DNA of 64,000 nucleotides. Origin: an uncultured Spirochaetota bacterium. Its GTDB lineage: Bacteria; Spirochaetota; Spirochaetia; SZUA-6; Fen-1364. The stretch covers positions 96,001-160,000 of the forward strand of contig CAVUXE010000099.1 of NCBI GenBank assembly GCA_963745235.1, written 5' to 3'. This document shows positions 32,312 through 42,631 of this stretch, piece by piece; positions within the stretch are counted from its first letter, which is position 1; each line of letters begins with the position of its first letter. The translations under genes and the position numbers were made by a program. The notes beneath the pieces were generated by a model. The model searched no databases. It had not been told where the DNA came from and saw nothing but the letters and a program-made list of their open reading frames with translations.

Positions 32312-32709
32312 CTACGACTTGACGCTCTTTCGGTTGTACCAGTTCTTGGCCTTCCGCTTGGAAAGCTGTTCTTCCCGATGAGACCAGTAGTACTGGAGAG
32401 TCCTGGAGTTCTCGCACGAATGGCAGATTGCCTTCCCCGGCGGAACTCTCCCTGCGGCAGCCATTTCCCGCATCTCTCGCACTTCCGTTCGTTCGAGTGA
32501 GGGTCTCGAGAGTCATGCAGGAAATAGAAGCTGGATCGTATCTTCATCAAGTTGCGATGGGAAACCTGTCCTGTGGTAAGCCAGTGATGGATGGTGGACT
32601 GGGTCCTCTGGAACATCCGGGCGAGGTCCGACTTTGTCATGCCCCAGGTAGACATGAGCCATTCGAGCATTTCTCGCACGGAAGGGTCTTCCGGCAGTTC
32701 GCCTGGCAT
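32312..32709 (-). CDS. XRE/Cro-like HTH protein with C4 zinc finger, one missing base near 32433
   Basis: SD AGGAG/GAGGTG; HTH GMTKSDLARMFQRTQSTIHHWLTTG. Restoring one A gives CERC..GEFRRGKAICHSCE..YYWSHREEQLSKRK..KS* (about 132 aa). Confidence 0.7.
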
Positions 32710-32784
32710 TCTCTCACCTCTCCTGACACTATATCGGTAACGTACAGCCATTTCCTAAAGTGGCAGGCTTCCCCTGCCGATGGT

Positions 32785-34338
32785 CTATTCCCACTCGATT
32801 GTCGCGGGCGGTTTGCTGGAAATGTCGTAGACGACGCGCCCGATGTCGGGGACCCTGTTCGTGATGATGGAGGAGATCTCCAGAAGGTCCTGCATGGGGA
32901 GTGGGTACACGTCTGCCGTGATGGCGTCCAGCGAAGCGACAGCCCGGAGCGCAAGCACGTGGCCGTACCTGCGCATGTCTCCGGAGACTCCAACGGACCG
33001 CACGGGAAGCAGGACACAGAATGCCTGCCAGATCTTGTCGTAGAATCCCCGGCTTCGAAGCTCAGAAATGAACAAGGCGTCTGCTTTTCGAAGCAGCTCG
33101 CACTTTTCCGGGGTGACCTCACCGATGATTCTCACCGCGAGCCCCGGGCCGGGAAACGGATGGCGCTTCACGACAGCGGGGGGCAGGCCAAGGGCAGTCC
33201 CGAGCTCACGGACTTCGTCCTTGTACAACGAGGAAAGGGGCTCAATGATCAGCCCCTCTGCCCTCTTTGCCTCCACCAGCGGGGAGTGCACATTGTGGTG
33301 AGACTTGATCACCTTGGCTTTGTTTCCCACGCCCTTGCCTGATTCCACGAGGTCCGTGTACAACGTGCCCTGGGCAAGGAACGACCGGCTGATCCCCAGC
33401 GAATCGATCTCGGTTTCCTGGACGTTCATGAAGAGGTCTCCGATGACGCGCCGCTTCTCCTCGGGGTCCGTCACCCCCGAAAGACGAGAAAAGAACCTTT
33501 GTGAGGCATCGATCATGTGGAGATGCCGGGCTCCCAGGCCGGCGAGAGTCCGGGCCACCTCTTCCGACTCTCCCTCACGCATGAGACCGGTGTCGACGTA
33601 CATGAGGTGGACGCGCTCCGGGTCGAGGCTTCGCAGGAGAAGCCCTGCAACGACGCAGGAATCCACCCCTCCCGAAATGAGGAGCACCACGTCCCTTTCC
33701 CCGACTTTCTGTTTCAGCAGCTCCTTTTCCCGGCGCAGGTACGATTCGATGCTCCACTCGGGCCGCGCGCGGCAGATGTCCAGCGCAAATGCCGCAAGAA
33801 TGTCCTGTCCGTGCTCGCAGTGGCTTGCCTCCGGATGAAACTGCACGCCCCACATCCGCCGCTCCTCGTTCACAAAAGCAGCGGCAAGGCCATTCTCCGA
33901 GCGCCCGATCACGCGAAATCCGGTTGGAGCTTCGGTGACCGAGTCTCCGTGGCTCATCCACGACTCAAAAGAGCCTCCGGGGATCCGAGAAAAAAGGTCG
34001 GTCTTCTCTTCCAGGATTATCCTCGCTCTGCCGTACTCCCGGGTCCCCAGTGACGCGACCTCTCCGCCGTGATCCGCGCTCATGCTCTGGAATCCGTAGC
34101 AGATCCCGAGCAGGGGAAGGCCTTTTTCGTAGATTCGTTTGTCCGCCCGCGGAGCCCCGGGTTCGTAGACCGAGTAAGGAGATCCCGAGAGGATGATCCC
34201 CTTCACGCGGGTAAGATCAATTCCGTCCGTGCGCGAGTCTCCGGGAACGATCTCGCTGTAGACGCCGAGCTGCCTGATCCTGCGTCCGATGAGCTGTGTG
34301 CTCTGGCTCCCAAAGTCGAGAATCAGGATCGTGTCCAT
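32785..34338 (-). CDS. guaA: GMP synthase (glutamine-hydrolysing)
   Basis: ILDFGSQ, LGICYG, QFHPE, SGGVDS, IKSHHNV and SKPPATIEWE motifs. Confidence 0.98.
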   Translation of the reverse strand: MDTILILDFGSQSTQLIGRRIRQLGVYSEIVPGDSRTDGIDLTRVKGIILSGSPYSVYEPGAPRADKRIYEKGLPLLGICYGFQSMSADHGGEVASLGTREYGRARIILEEKTDLFSRIPGGSFESWMSHGDSVTEAPTGFRVIGRSENGLAAAFVNEERRMWGVQFHPEASHCEHGQDILAAFALDICRARPEWSIESYLRREKELLKQKVGERDVVLLISGGVDSCVVAGLLLRSLDPERVHLMYVDTGLMREGESEEVARTLAGLGARHLHMIDASQRFFSRLSGVTDPEEKRRVIGDLFMNVQETEIDSLGISRSFLAQGTLYTDLVESGKGVGNKAKVIKSHHNVHSPLVEAKRAEGLIIEPLSSLYKDEVRELGTALGLPPAVVKRHPFPGPGLAVRIIGEVTPEKCELLRKADALFISELRSRGFYDKIWQAFCVLLPVRSVGVSGDMRRYGHVLALRAVASLDAITADVYPLPMQDLLEISSIITNRVPDIGRVVYDISSKPPATIEWE

Positions 34339-35777
34339 CAACCCGCAAGCTCCTTTCTCATCCGCGCGCAGACACCTGCATACTTTTCCGCCAGCGCCCG
34401 CGCCTGCTCCGCCGCCATTCCCTTGTAGTTTGCCGGGTCACTGAAGAATGCATCCGCATCCTGGCCCCGGACCTGGGAAAGCTGGCGAGTCAGAGTGTCC
34501 CACACTGCCCTGTCCTGGCGAAGCCCCTGCCTGAGGCGCTCTCCAGACTGCTCGCTCCTGACAGTCGCCCTTCGCACGGCTTCATGCGCATCCGGGTGCC
34601 CGCCGAGGGCCATCAGAATATAAACGGGCTCCGAGAAGATGCCGTCACCTGCCCGGGCAAGGTTCTCAGCCATGCGGGCGCGATCCACTCCCAGGGACCG
34701 GACCACCGCCCCCATTCGGGCGGCAGCGGAAGCCAGGCCGGCCAGGTACTCCGCGATGAAGCGAGACGAGGCGGAATTGGTGAGGTCCCGCTGGTGCTCC
34801 GAGATCTGGTCCATGAAGAACGTGACGACGCGAGGGCAGAACTCCTTCCAGAGGCTCTTCACGTGCTCCGAGTTCCATGGGTTGCGCTTCTGCGGCATGG
34901 TCGAAGAGCCGACCTGGGTCGCGGTGAACTCCTCCCTGACCTCCCCGATCTCTGACCTCTGCAGGTGGCGCAGGTCGTCTGCGAGGTTGGCCATGATTCC
35001 AAACGCGGTATTCAGCTCCAGAAGGAGCTCCAGGAGGTATTCCGGTTCAACCAGCTGCGTGGAGTGTTCTGATGCCTGCAGCCCGAGGAGCTCCAGGAAA
35101 TCCTTCTCCAGGGACCTCGGGTCTCCCACCACCAGGGAGGTGGCATTGTATGCGCCGACCGCTCCCGCGAGCTTGCCCCGCAGGTCTGCTCCCTTTTTCT
35201 CGATCCTCTCGATGCTCTTGCCCAGACGCGACACGTACTCCGCCATTGCAAACCCGAACGTGATAGGCACGGCGTGCTGGCCGTGTGTTCGACCGACCTG
35301 GGGGGTATCCGCCTCATCCCGCGCCAGGCGGACAAGGCCCTCTTCCAGGTCGAGCAGGAGCGGGAGAATGATCCCCCGAACGGCCTCGCGGTAGCGAAGT
35401 GCGGAGGCCGTATCAAGGATGTCGGCGGAGGTCGCTCCCAGGTGCACGTACGGCTGCACCTCGGGCGGAAGATGACGCTTCATGACATTCACGAGGGCGC
35501 GGATATTGTGATGAGTCTTCTCTTCCTCCTGGTAGACTTCTCCGGGCGAAATGGCCTCAACCGCTACGTCCAGTTGGCGGCCGCCCTCCTCCGTCCAGGT
35601 GCGGCCCTTCAGGCGTGACAGCAGCGTCTTCAGGAGCGCGAGCTCCACGCGAAGACACGAGCGGACAGATGCCTCCTCGCTCAGAGATGCAGAGAGTCGT
35701 TTGAAGAGATCAGGATCTGAAAGAGAATATCTGTGGTCCAGCGGTGACAGGTTCTCGAAAATGTTCCGAGGTTCCAT
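34338..35777 (-). CDS. purB: Adenylosuccinate lyase
   Basis: HLGATSADI, GRTHGQHAVP and GSSTMPQKRNP fumarase-family signature. Confidence 0.95.
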   Translation of the reverse strand: MEPRNIFENLSPLDHRYSLSDPDLFKRLSASLSEEASVRSCLRVELALLKTLLSRLKGRTWTEEGGRQLDVAVEAISPGEVYQEEEKTHHNIRALVNVMKRHLPPEVQPYVHLGATSADILDTASALRYREAVRGIILPLLLDLEEGLVRLARDEADTPQVGRTHGQHAVPITFGFAMAEYVSRLGKSIERIEKKGADLRGKLAGAVGAYNATSLVVGDPRSLEKDFLELLGLQASEHSTQLVEPEYLLELLLELNTAFGIMANLADDLRHLQRSEIGEVREEFTATQVGSSTMPQKRNPWNSEHVKSLWKEFCPRVVTFFMDQISEHQRDLTNSASSRFIAEYLAGLASAAARMGAVVRSLGVDRARMAENLARAGDGIFSEPVYILMALGGHPDAHEAVRRATVRSEQSGERLRQGLRQDRAVWDTLTRQLSQVRGQDADAFFSDPANYKGMAAEQARALAEKYAGVCARMRKELAG

Positions 35778-35782
35778 GGGCC

Positions 35783-35812
35783 ATAGTGATACGATCAGGT
35801 GGGCTTTGTCAA
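35783..35812 (-). promoter_or_regulatory. Promoter of purB-guaA
   Basis: TTGACA-18 bp-CACTAT, 5 nt before the purB ATG; no SD. Confidence 0.45.
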
Positions 35813-35816
35813 AGGC

Positions 35817-35852
35817 GGTTACGCGGGATCCTGTGGGTTACGCGGGATCCTG
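35817..35852. repeat. Perfect 17-bp direct repeat, period 19
   Basis: ggttacgcgggatcctg at 35817-35833 and 35836-35852; the second copy contains the MCP stop codon. Confidence 0.8.
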
Positions 35853-37248
35853 GGCCCCGCGGTAGAGCTTCTCCACTTCATGGACTTTGTCGTCGACGAG
35901 GGACTCCAGCTTGAGCATCTCCCTACGCAGGTCACCGACGATCCGTGACACCGACTCCGCCATCTCCCGGTTGTCGTCCACGACGGAGCCGATGTTCTCC
36001 ATCGCCTCCGTGACCTCCCTGTTGGCGTCACGCTGCTCCTTGACAGACGCGGACAGGTGGTGGATGAAGCCGGCGTACACGCCAAGATCGCGGGCGATGG
36101 TGTCGAATATCTTCCCCGCCTCCCGGGATGACTCCCCTCCGGTCTGGATGACGCTCTCGATCTGCTTCACCCACTTGCTGACCTCGGTCGCCGTCCGCAT
36201 GGATTTCTCCGCGAGCTGGCGGATCTCATCAGCCACCACGGAGAAGCCGCTTTGCTCGTCACCGGCGCGGGAGGCCTCGATGGCGGCGTTGAGGGCCAGC
36301 AGGTTCGTCTGGTCGGCGATGTCGTTGATGCGGGCAAGAGCGGCGACCATCCTGTCCACCACGTCGTGGATCCCGAGGATCTCCGCGATGATCTTCTGCA
36401 TGATCGTGTTGCCGCTCTCGGAGAATTGCGCCGTGTTGCCGATGGACGTTGCGGATTTTTCCGTGGCCGTTGAGATGCTCTCCATGGCACCCTGCAGATG
36501 CTCGGCCGCGCTGGTGACCTTGTCGATGCCGGCGGCCTGGTTGCGCGCGCCGGAGGAGACCGTGGTGGATACCTCACCGAGCTTGTTGACGAGCTGGTGG
36601 AGGTTGAAAATGGAGGCAGCTACGATGTCCATGGTCATCTTCAGCCTCCGGCTCGCGCGCAGAAGATCTTCCGTGACCAGGTTGTCCTTGAGGGCGTTCG
36701 TGCTCTGAGTTGCAAAAACCCCTGAGAAGGCTGCGATGAGGACGTTCAGGACGGGCACCAGAAGCAGCGCCCTGACCCCGGAGTCCGGCTGCAGGATGAA
36801 GGATCCCAGGGAGACGACTCCGGGGGCGAGAACGGCGGCGCTTCCCGCCCAGATGACGTCCCGCGTGGAAAGGCGCAGGGCGGAAAGCAGGCCAACCGCG
36901 GCGCAGTAGCCCTCAAGGACGATGAGCATGGGCAGCGCCGAAACGAATCCGAACGACCGCACAACGGACAGTCCGTTCACCATGACAGCCAGCACAGTCC
37001 AGGACAAGGGACGGGATGAACAAGGGTGAGGGATCCATCTTCTGAGCGATCCGCACGCCGGCAACAAGAGAGAAAATCCCCAGGCCGAAGAAGACGGATG
37101 CGGCAACGATGGAAGGGATGGACTGCCCCGTGGCCAGGCAGAGCACGAGGACAATTCCGCTCGCGCCAAGGCGGACTCCGATGCCGAGCTTGTCCGCAAG
37201 CACCACCTGGGTGCTTCTTATCTGCGCGAGGTTCTGCACTGCCCGCAT
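35838..37248 (-). CDS. Methyl-accepting chemotaxis protein with multi-TM N-terminus, indel near 36990
   Basis: [37 protein letters not shown] signalling hairpin; the N-terminus lies in ORF 36913-37287. Confidence 0.88.
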
Positions 37249-37324
37249 GGACAATTTGTATTGCAAAGCCAACCCTTTGTAAAGCAATCCGGGGACGTGC
37301 TATACTTCGGGAAGGGTTCCAGCC

Positions 37325-39237
37325 GTGCCGGACAGGAAAAACTACGAGCAGCTTTTCGAGGAAGCGGTCGAGGCGGGGCGGAATCGCGACTATGCGAAGT
37401 CCGTGGAGATCCTTCTTCGGATTGTAGGAAGCACGGACAGGTTCCCTCAAGCGCTGCTCTACCTGGGCCGCAGCTATCATGCCCTGGGAGAGCATGCCCG
37501 CGCGGTCCAGTCCCTGAACTTCTACGTGCAGCAAAGGCCGTCGTCATCCGCGGGGCACTTCTTTCTCGGACGCGCATACATCGGCCTGGAAGCTTTCCCG
37601 TCCGCCATCCGGCACCTTCGCCGCGCCACTGAGCTGAATCCGAAGTTTGCCGCTGCTTTTGGCCTCCTGGGATTCGCGTGGCTGAAAGCCCGCAGGTCCG
37701 AGAAGGCAATCTGGTGCTTCGCGAAGGCGCTGGAGCTTGATCCGAACAATACCCGCCTCCAGGTGGGCTACCTGAACACGGCTCTCGTCCTTGCCATACG
37801 CCTGTTCTACCGGGGTCAGCTTCTGGATTCCGCGAGGCTCTTCAGCGAAGTCCTCGAGCAGCGGCAATCCAGCATCCTCCCCCACCTGTACCTGGCATCG
37901 ATCTACAAGGAGCTGGGAAAAAACAACGCTTCCCTGTACCACATAGACGCGGCCTCGCAGATGTCTCCCGAGGACCCTTTCCTTCATCTCCAGAAGGCGC
38001 TGGTCCTGCTCTCGCAGGACCAGAAAAAGGAGGCCGCGGAGGAGTTGCGCATTGGAACGCAGCTCCTGAAGAGCGCGGTCAGCCCGGAAGGCAACACGAA
38101 GGATGTCCTTCGATTCATCACGGTCAACCTGTTTCGTGAAAAGCGCTACCGGGAGACGATCCTCTACGGAACGCGGCTGCTCAAGGACGACTACGGGGAC
38201 CCTCACCTGCACATGCTCGTCGGTGAGTCCTACCGCAACCTGGGGGACCTGACCAAGGCGAAGAACCACTTTTTGCGCGCCTTGGAGAAGGACAAGGGCT
38301 CTCTCGAGATTCGTTACGGCCTGTTCGCCGTGCTGTGGGACCGCGGCGAGTTCCTGGAGCTCTTGAAGGAAACGGGGCACCTTCTCCAGAAGGATCCCGC
38401 GGATGAGACTGCCCGGTATTTCCACAGCCTCGCCCTCGCCCGCAGCGACGCCGCCCTGGAGCAGGTGCTCGGGGAGCTGCAGCAGCAGGTGCGGGCGCGT
38501 GGGCCGGAGCTCGCCCTCATGGCGGAGCTTGCCGCCGCGTACGTGCGGGCCGGGCTTCCCGAGCTTGCGGAGGGCTGGTACAAGCGCGTCCTTCGGATCT
38601 CCGAGGACGACATGGACGCGCTGCAGGCGCTGGCGGAGATCTACGAGGACATGGGCAAGGCGGAGCTGCAGCGCGACGCCCTCCTCCGCTACCTCATCCT
38701 GGATCCCGACGACAGGCGGCGCGCCGTCAGCTCGTGCGGCTCCTGCTGCGCATGCAGTCCTTCGCGGACGCGGCAGAGCACATTGCGAAGCTCCTTCCCC
38801 TCGAGCCGCGGAATGCAAGGCTGAAATCCACGCTGGCCCTCTGCTACCGGAGGTCCGGGAGGTATGCCGAAGCGCTTGTCATCCTCCGTGACCTGCTCAG
38901 CACGGACCACGACTCCGAAGACCTCATCAAGGCGGCAGTATACTGCCTGGACAAGATCGGGGCGCGGAAGGTCGGCATCAAGGCAATGGAGAGCTTCATG
39001 AAGGAGAACGGCGAGAGCCTTTCCCTCCTGCTCATGCTTGGCGTTCTCCACTACCAGGAGAACACCCTGGAGAAGTCCGCGGAGCTGTTCCGACGAGCTG
39101 TCTCGGTCTCCCCGAAGAGCTGGCGGGCAAACCGCAACCTGGGAATGGTGTATCGCCGGATGGGCAACACGGAGTACGCGGATAAGTTTCTTGCCAAGGC
39201 GGCTTCCCTTCGAAAGGCCGAGGCGGCGGCGCAGTAG
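37325..39237 (+). CDS. Large TPR protein, indel near 38720
   Basis: Many TPRs across ORFs 37325-38824 and 38734-39237; upstream TGC-TATACT extended -10. Confidence 0.82.
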
Positions 39238-39301
39238 CGCGTTGCAAGGCGCCGAAAAGCGTATATACTAGCCATGGAGAACGTTGCGAAGGGAGGATGA
39301 G

Positions 39302-39862
39302 ATGGCCGAGCAGAAGGCCGTGGACCTTTTCAAGGCGTACGCGGAGGGCAAGCTGCCGAGCGACGGAGGGTACATCGTTTCTTCCTTTCTCGATGAGCAC
39401 TCGGCGTATTCCCGCTACGAGGTTATCGCTTACAACGGGGTGAAAAGCATCGTCCTCACGAATGAGGGACTGACCTTTCAGACGGACGGGAACAAGATCT
39501 TCGTCCTTGCCGAGCCGCCGAACTACGCGCAGAAGCACCTCGAACCGTTCCGCAGGACGGCGAAGGATCAGATCCCGCACCGTTTTTCCGAGCTGGACAT
39601 CCTCACGACGAAGAACCAGACCAAGGTCATGGTGAGCAAGAGCCCCCATCATGACGTACGGCTCCTTCACCATCATCAAGCCCGACGGGAGAGAACGTCG
39701 CATTCCTCTTCTACAACCTGCCGGACGTCCTTGAAACCATCGGGAAGTTCTTCTCCACGGCCCTGAACAAGGAGGCCACGGTGGCGAAGGTTGACGCGGA
39801 AAAGGCAGGGGCGCTCGTGGTCGAGGGGCTCAGACAAGTTCACGATCTGGGGAAAGAAATAG
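39302..39862 (+). CDS. Spirochaete conserved hypothetical protein, three +1 indels (~39645, ~39683, ~39836)
   Basis: SD GGAGGA. Corrected reading: MAEQKAVDLF..SKSPIMTYGSFTIIKPTGENVAFLFYNLPD..GLRKFTIWGKK*. Confidence 0.72.
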
Positions 39863-39966
39863 AGCAACCGGCGGGCCGTTCGGGAGCCTTTGCGGACGGG
39901 CATGAAAAACGGCCGAGCGTCAGCCCCGGCCTGTTCTATTTCGGCTCGGCATCGCCTCTGGGCCGC

Positions 39967-42611
39967 CTACTTCCCGTTTCTCTCGATATTCAGCTGCGCG
40001 ATTGCCAGCTTGGAGAGGGGCACCTGGTAGGGCGAGCAGGAAACGTAGTCCAGTCCGGCCTCCATGCAGAACCTGATGTTCTCCGGGATGGCCCCATGCT
40101 CTCCGCAGAGCCCGACCTCCAGGTCCGGCCGCGTCATCTTGCCGCGCTTGACCGCCGTCGCAATCAGCTCCTTCACCTGCGGATTGAGGAGCTGGAAAGG
40201 GTTGCCTTCCAGAAGGTCGAACTGCGTGTAGTCAGGCATGAAGGAGTTGAAGTCGTCCCGCGAGAGTCCGATGGTCGTCTGGGTCAGGTCGTTCGTCCCG
40301 AAGGAGAAGAACTGCGCGTAATGCGCAAGATCTCCCGCCCCAAGAGCCGCGGCGGGCAACTCCACCATGGTGCCGATCTTGTAGGGAACGGTCCGTGCCT
40401 TGAAGCTTTCCCGCACTTCCCGCTCCACGTCCACGAGGCCGCGGATGTGCTTGCCCTCGATCTTCTTGCCGTAGATGATGAGCTTCAGCTCGCTCTCGTT
40501 CATGATGATGGGAATCATGATCTCAGGATCGACCTTGACTCCTTCCTTGCGGAGAGTGTAGACGGCCTCGAAGATCGCGCGCACCTGCATCTCGTAGATC
40601 TCCGGATATGACACCGCGATACGGCAACCCCGGTGCCCCAGCATCGGGTTGAACTCGTGCAGCGCCTCGCTTCGCGCGCGGACTTCCTTCTCCGAAACCC
40701 GATTGGCCCCGGTTTTCCCGGCGTTGAGGTAGTGCATGAACTTGTCGAGCTCCTGATCGTTGTGAGGCAGGAACTCGTGCAACGGGGCATCGAGCAGCCG
40801 GATGATGACCGGGTAGTCCTCCATGATCTTGAACAGCTTGTAAAAGTCCGTTTTCTGCATGGGCAGGAGCTTTGCCAGGGCCTTCCTGCGGTCCTCCACC
40901 GAGTCGGAAAGGACCATCTCTCGGAACACGTTGATCCGCTTCTCCTCGAAGAACATGTGCTCCGTGCGCACCAGCCCGATTCCATGCGCTCCGAACTTTC
41001 GGGCAAGCGCCGCGTCCCGGGGCTTGTCGGAGTTGGCCCGGACGGTGAAGTGGCCAACGAACTTGTCCACGAGCTTCAGGAAGTCAAGCATGCCCGGATT
41101 CCTCGGGGTCCGGCTCGATCAGCTCCGCCTTCCCCAGGTAGAGGGACGGCGCGCCGTAGAAGGGAACGTTGAGAGTGATGTAGTCCCCCTCCTTGATGGT
41201 ATGGCTGCCGATGGTCGCGCTGGTGTCCCTTGATCTTCATTTCCGGCTTCACCAGGGAAACCTTTCCGTACTGCCGGGCGACAACCGAGGCGTGCGCGGA
41301 GTATCCGCCCTCAGAGGAGAGCACTCCCGTGGCCACCTCAATGGCTTTCACGTCCTCCGCAAATGACGCCGGGAGACACAGGATCATCTTGGTGTCCGTG
41401 CCCTTCTGCTGCGCAAGCTTGTGCGCATCCAGGAGCCTTTCCGTGTTGAAGTAGATTCTTCCGATGGCGGCGCCCGGCGCCCCGTGATTCCGCCCGTGAG
41501 GGCGGTCAGCCCCTTCACCGAGGTGTAGTCGATGATGGGGTGGAGGATCTCGTTGAGCTGCCCCGGCTTGATCTTCTTCACGACGTACGCATCATCCACG
41601 ATCTTCCGCCCGTGCAGGTCCAGGAGGAGCCGAATGTCCGCCTGCGTGGACTTTGCCATCACGGATCTCTGGTCGATCAGCCACAGGCGCTTGTTTTCCA
41701 CGGTGAACCGTATGGAACGGGTCTCCTTGAAGTGGTCTTCCACCTTGCGGGCGATCTTCTCCAGCTCATCATGGTAGTTCTTGGCAACCTTGGAGATGTC
41801 CGCTCCGCTGGCGCCAATGGCGTTGAACTTGTTCTGGAAGTATTCCCCCTGGATCTCCTTGTTCCCGGTGACGATGTTGCGCGTAAAGAACTGGCCGTAG
41901 AATGCGTCCTTGCCGTAGTTGCCGTACACCATGGGCTGGATGATCAGCGCGGTGTCCTGCTGGTTCTGATCGTTGATGGCCAGGAGGTGGCTGATCCTCT
42001 TCAGGGCGATCTCCAGCTGGTCGAACGGGTCCTTGAAGAAACCCGGCGGGAAGCATGGCTTTGTAGCGCTCGAGGAACTCCTTGCGCTTTTTGGCGTCCA
42101 TGTCCGAGTCCAGACCCTTGCCGAGGTCCTTGATGGCCTGCTTGATTGTCTTGACGTCTTTCTCTTTCTCCTCCAGCTCGGCGATGGCCAGCTCGATCTC
42201 CAGGTTCCCCATGGTCAGGAACTGCTGCTCGTGCCAGCCGAAGTTCTCCCCCACGTAGCGAACGAACCCGGGAAGCGTCTTGTCGGTCAGGCCGAAATTG
42301 TGCAGCGTGGGATACTGGGCAATCACGAGGTTGGGGCTGATGACGATCTTCACCAGCATCGGGTTGTCGGCGTCTCCGAACGTCTTTCCCGTGAGCTTCG
42401 CCAGCTTGTCGAACCAGGGCCGCAGCGCGGCCCAGATATCGAAATCCTCCAGGTGCATGGCCACATCCGCATCGATGAGGAAACCGGGGAGGATGGGCAG
42501 GTCCAGGTCAGCCAGCTCCATGGCCAGCCGTCCGCGGATCCCGATACGATCCAGGATCTGCGGCTTCAGGTTTGCTTCCCCTTTTGCAAAGAAGTGGATG
42601 TTCTTCTTCAT
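39967..42611 (-). CDS. Pyruvate phosphate dikinase-like PEP-utilising enzyme with degenerate nucleotide-binding domain; indels near 42040, 41480, 41227, 41092
   Basis: PPDK architecture: QPMVYGN, His domain EGGYSAHASVVAR, PEP domain GIGLVRTEHMFF, IRLLD.PLHEF, NPMLGHRGCR, FSFGTNDLTQ and GLCGEHG. Confidence 0.88.
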
Positions 42612-42631
42612 GCTTCAACCTTCCCTTGTGG

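Noticed and set aside
32215-32785. Prophage or integrative element at the guaA 3' end
   Set aside because: There is only one phage-like small gene, with no integrase, att duplication or structural genes.
39274-39300. Eight-codon uORF MENVAKGG before the 39302 gene
   Set aside because: Its ATG is only 4 nt from the -10 box and it simply spans the SD; it could be chance or an indel artefact.
39967-42611. Calling the PPDK-like gene a pseudogene, or an ordinary ppdK
   Set aside because: The indels match the window-wide error pattern and the PEP/His motifs are intact. ATP-site motifs are selectively changed, so the ppdK symbol was withheld.
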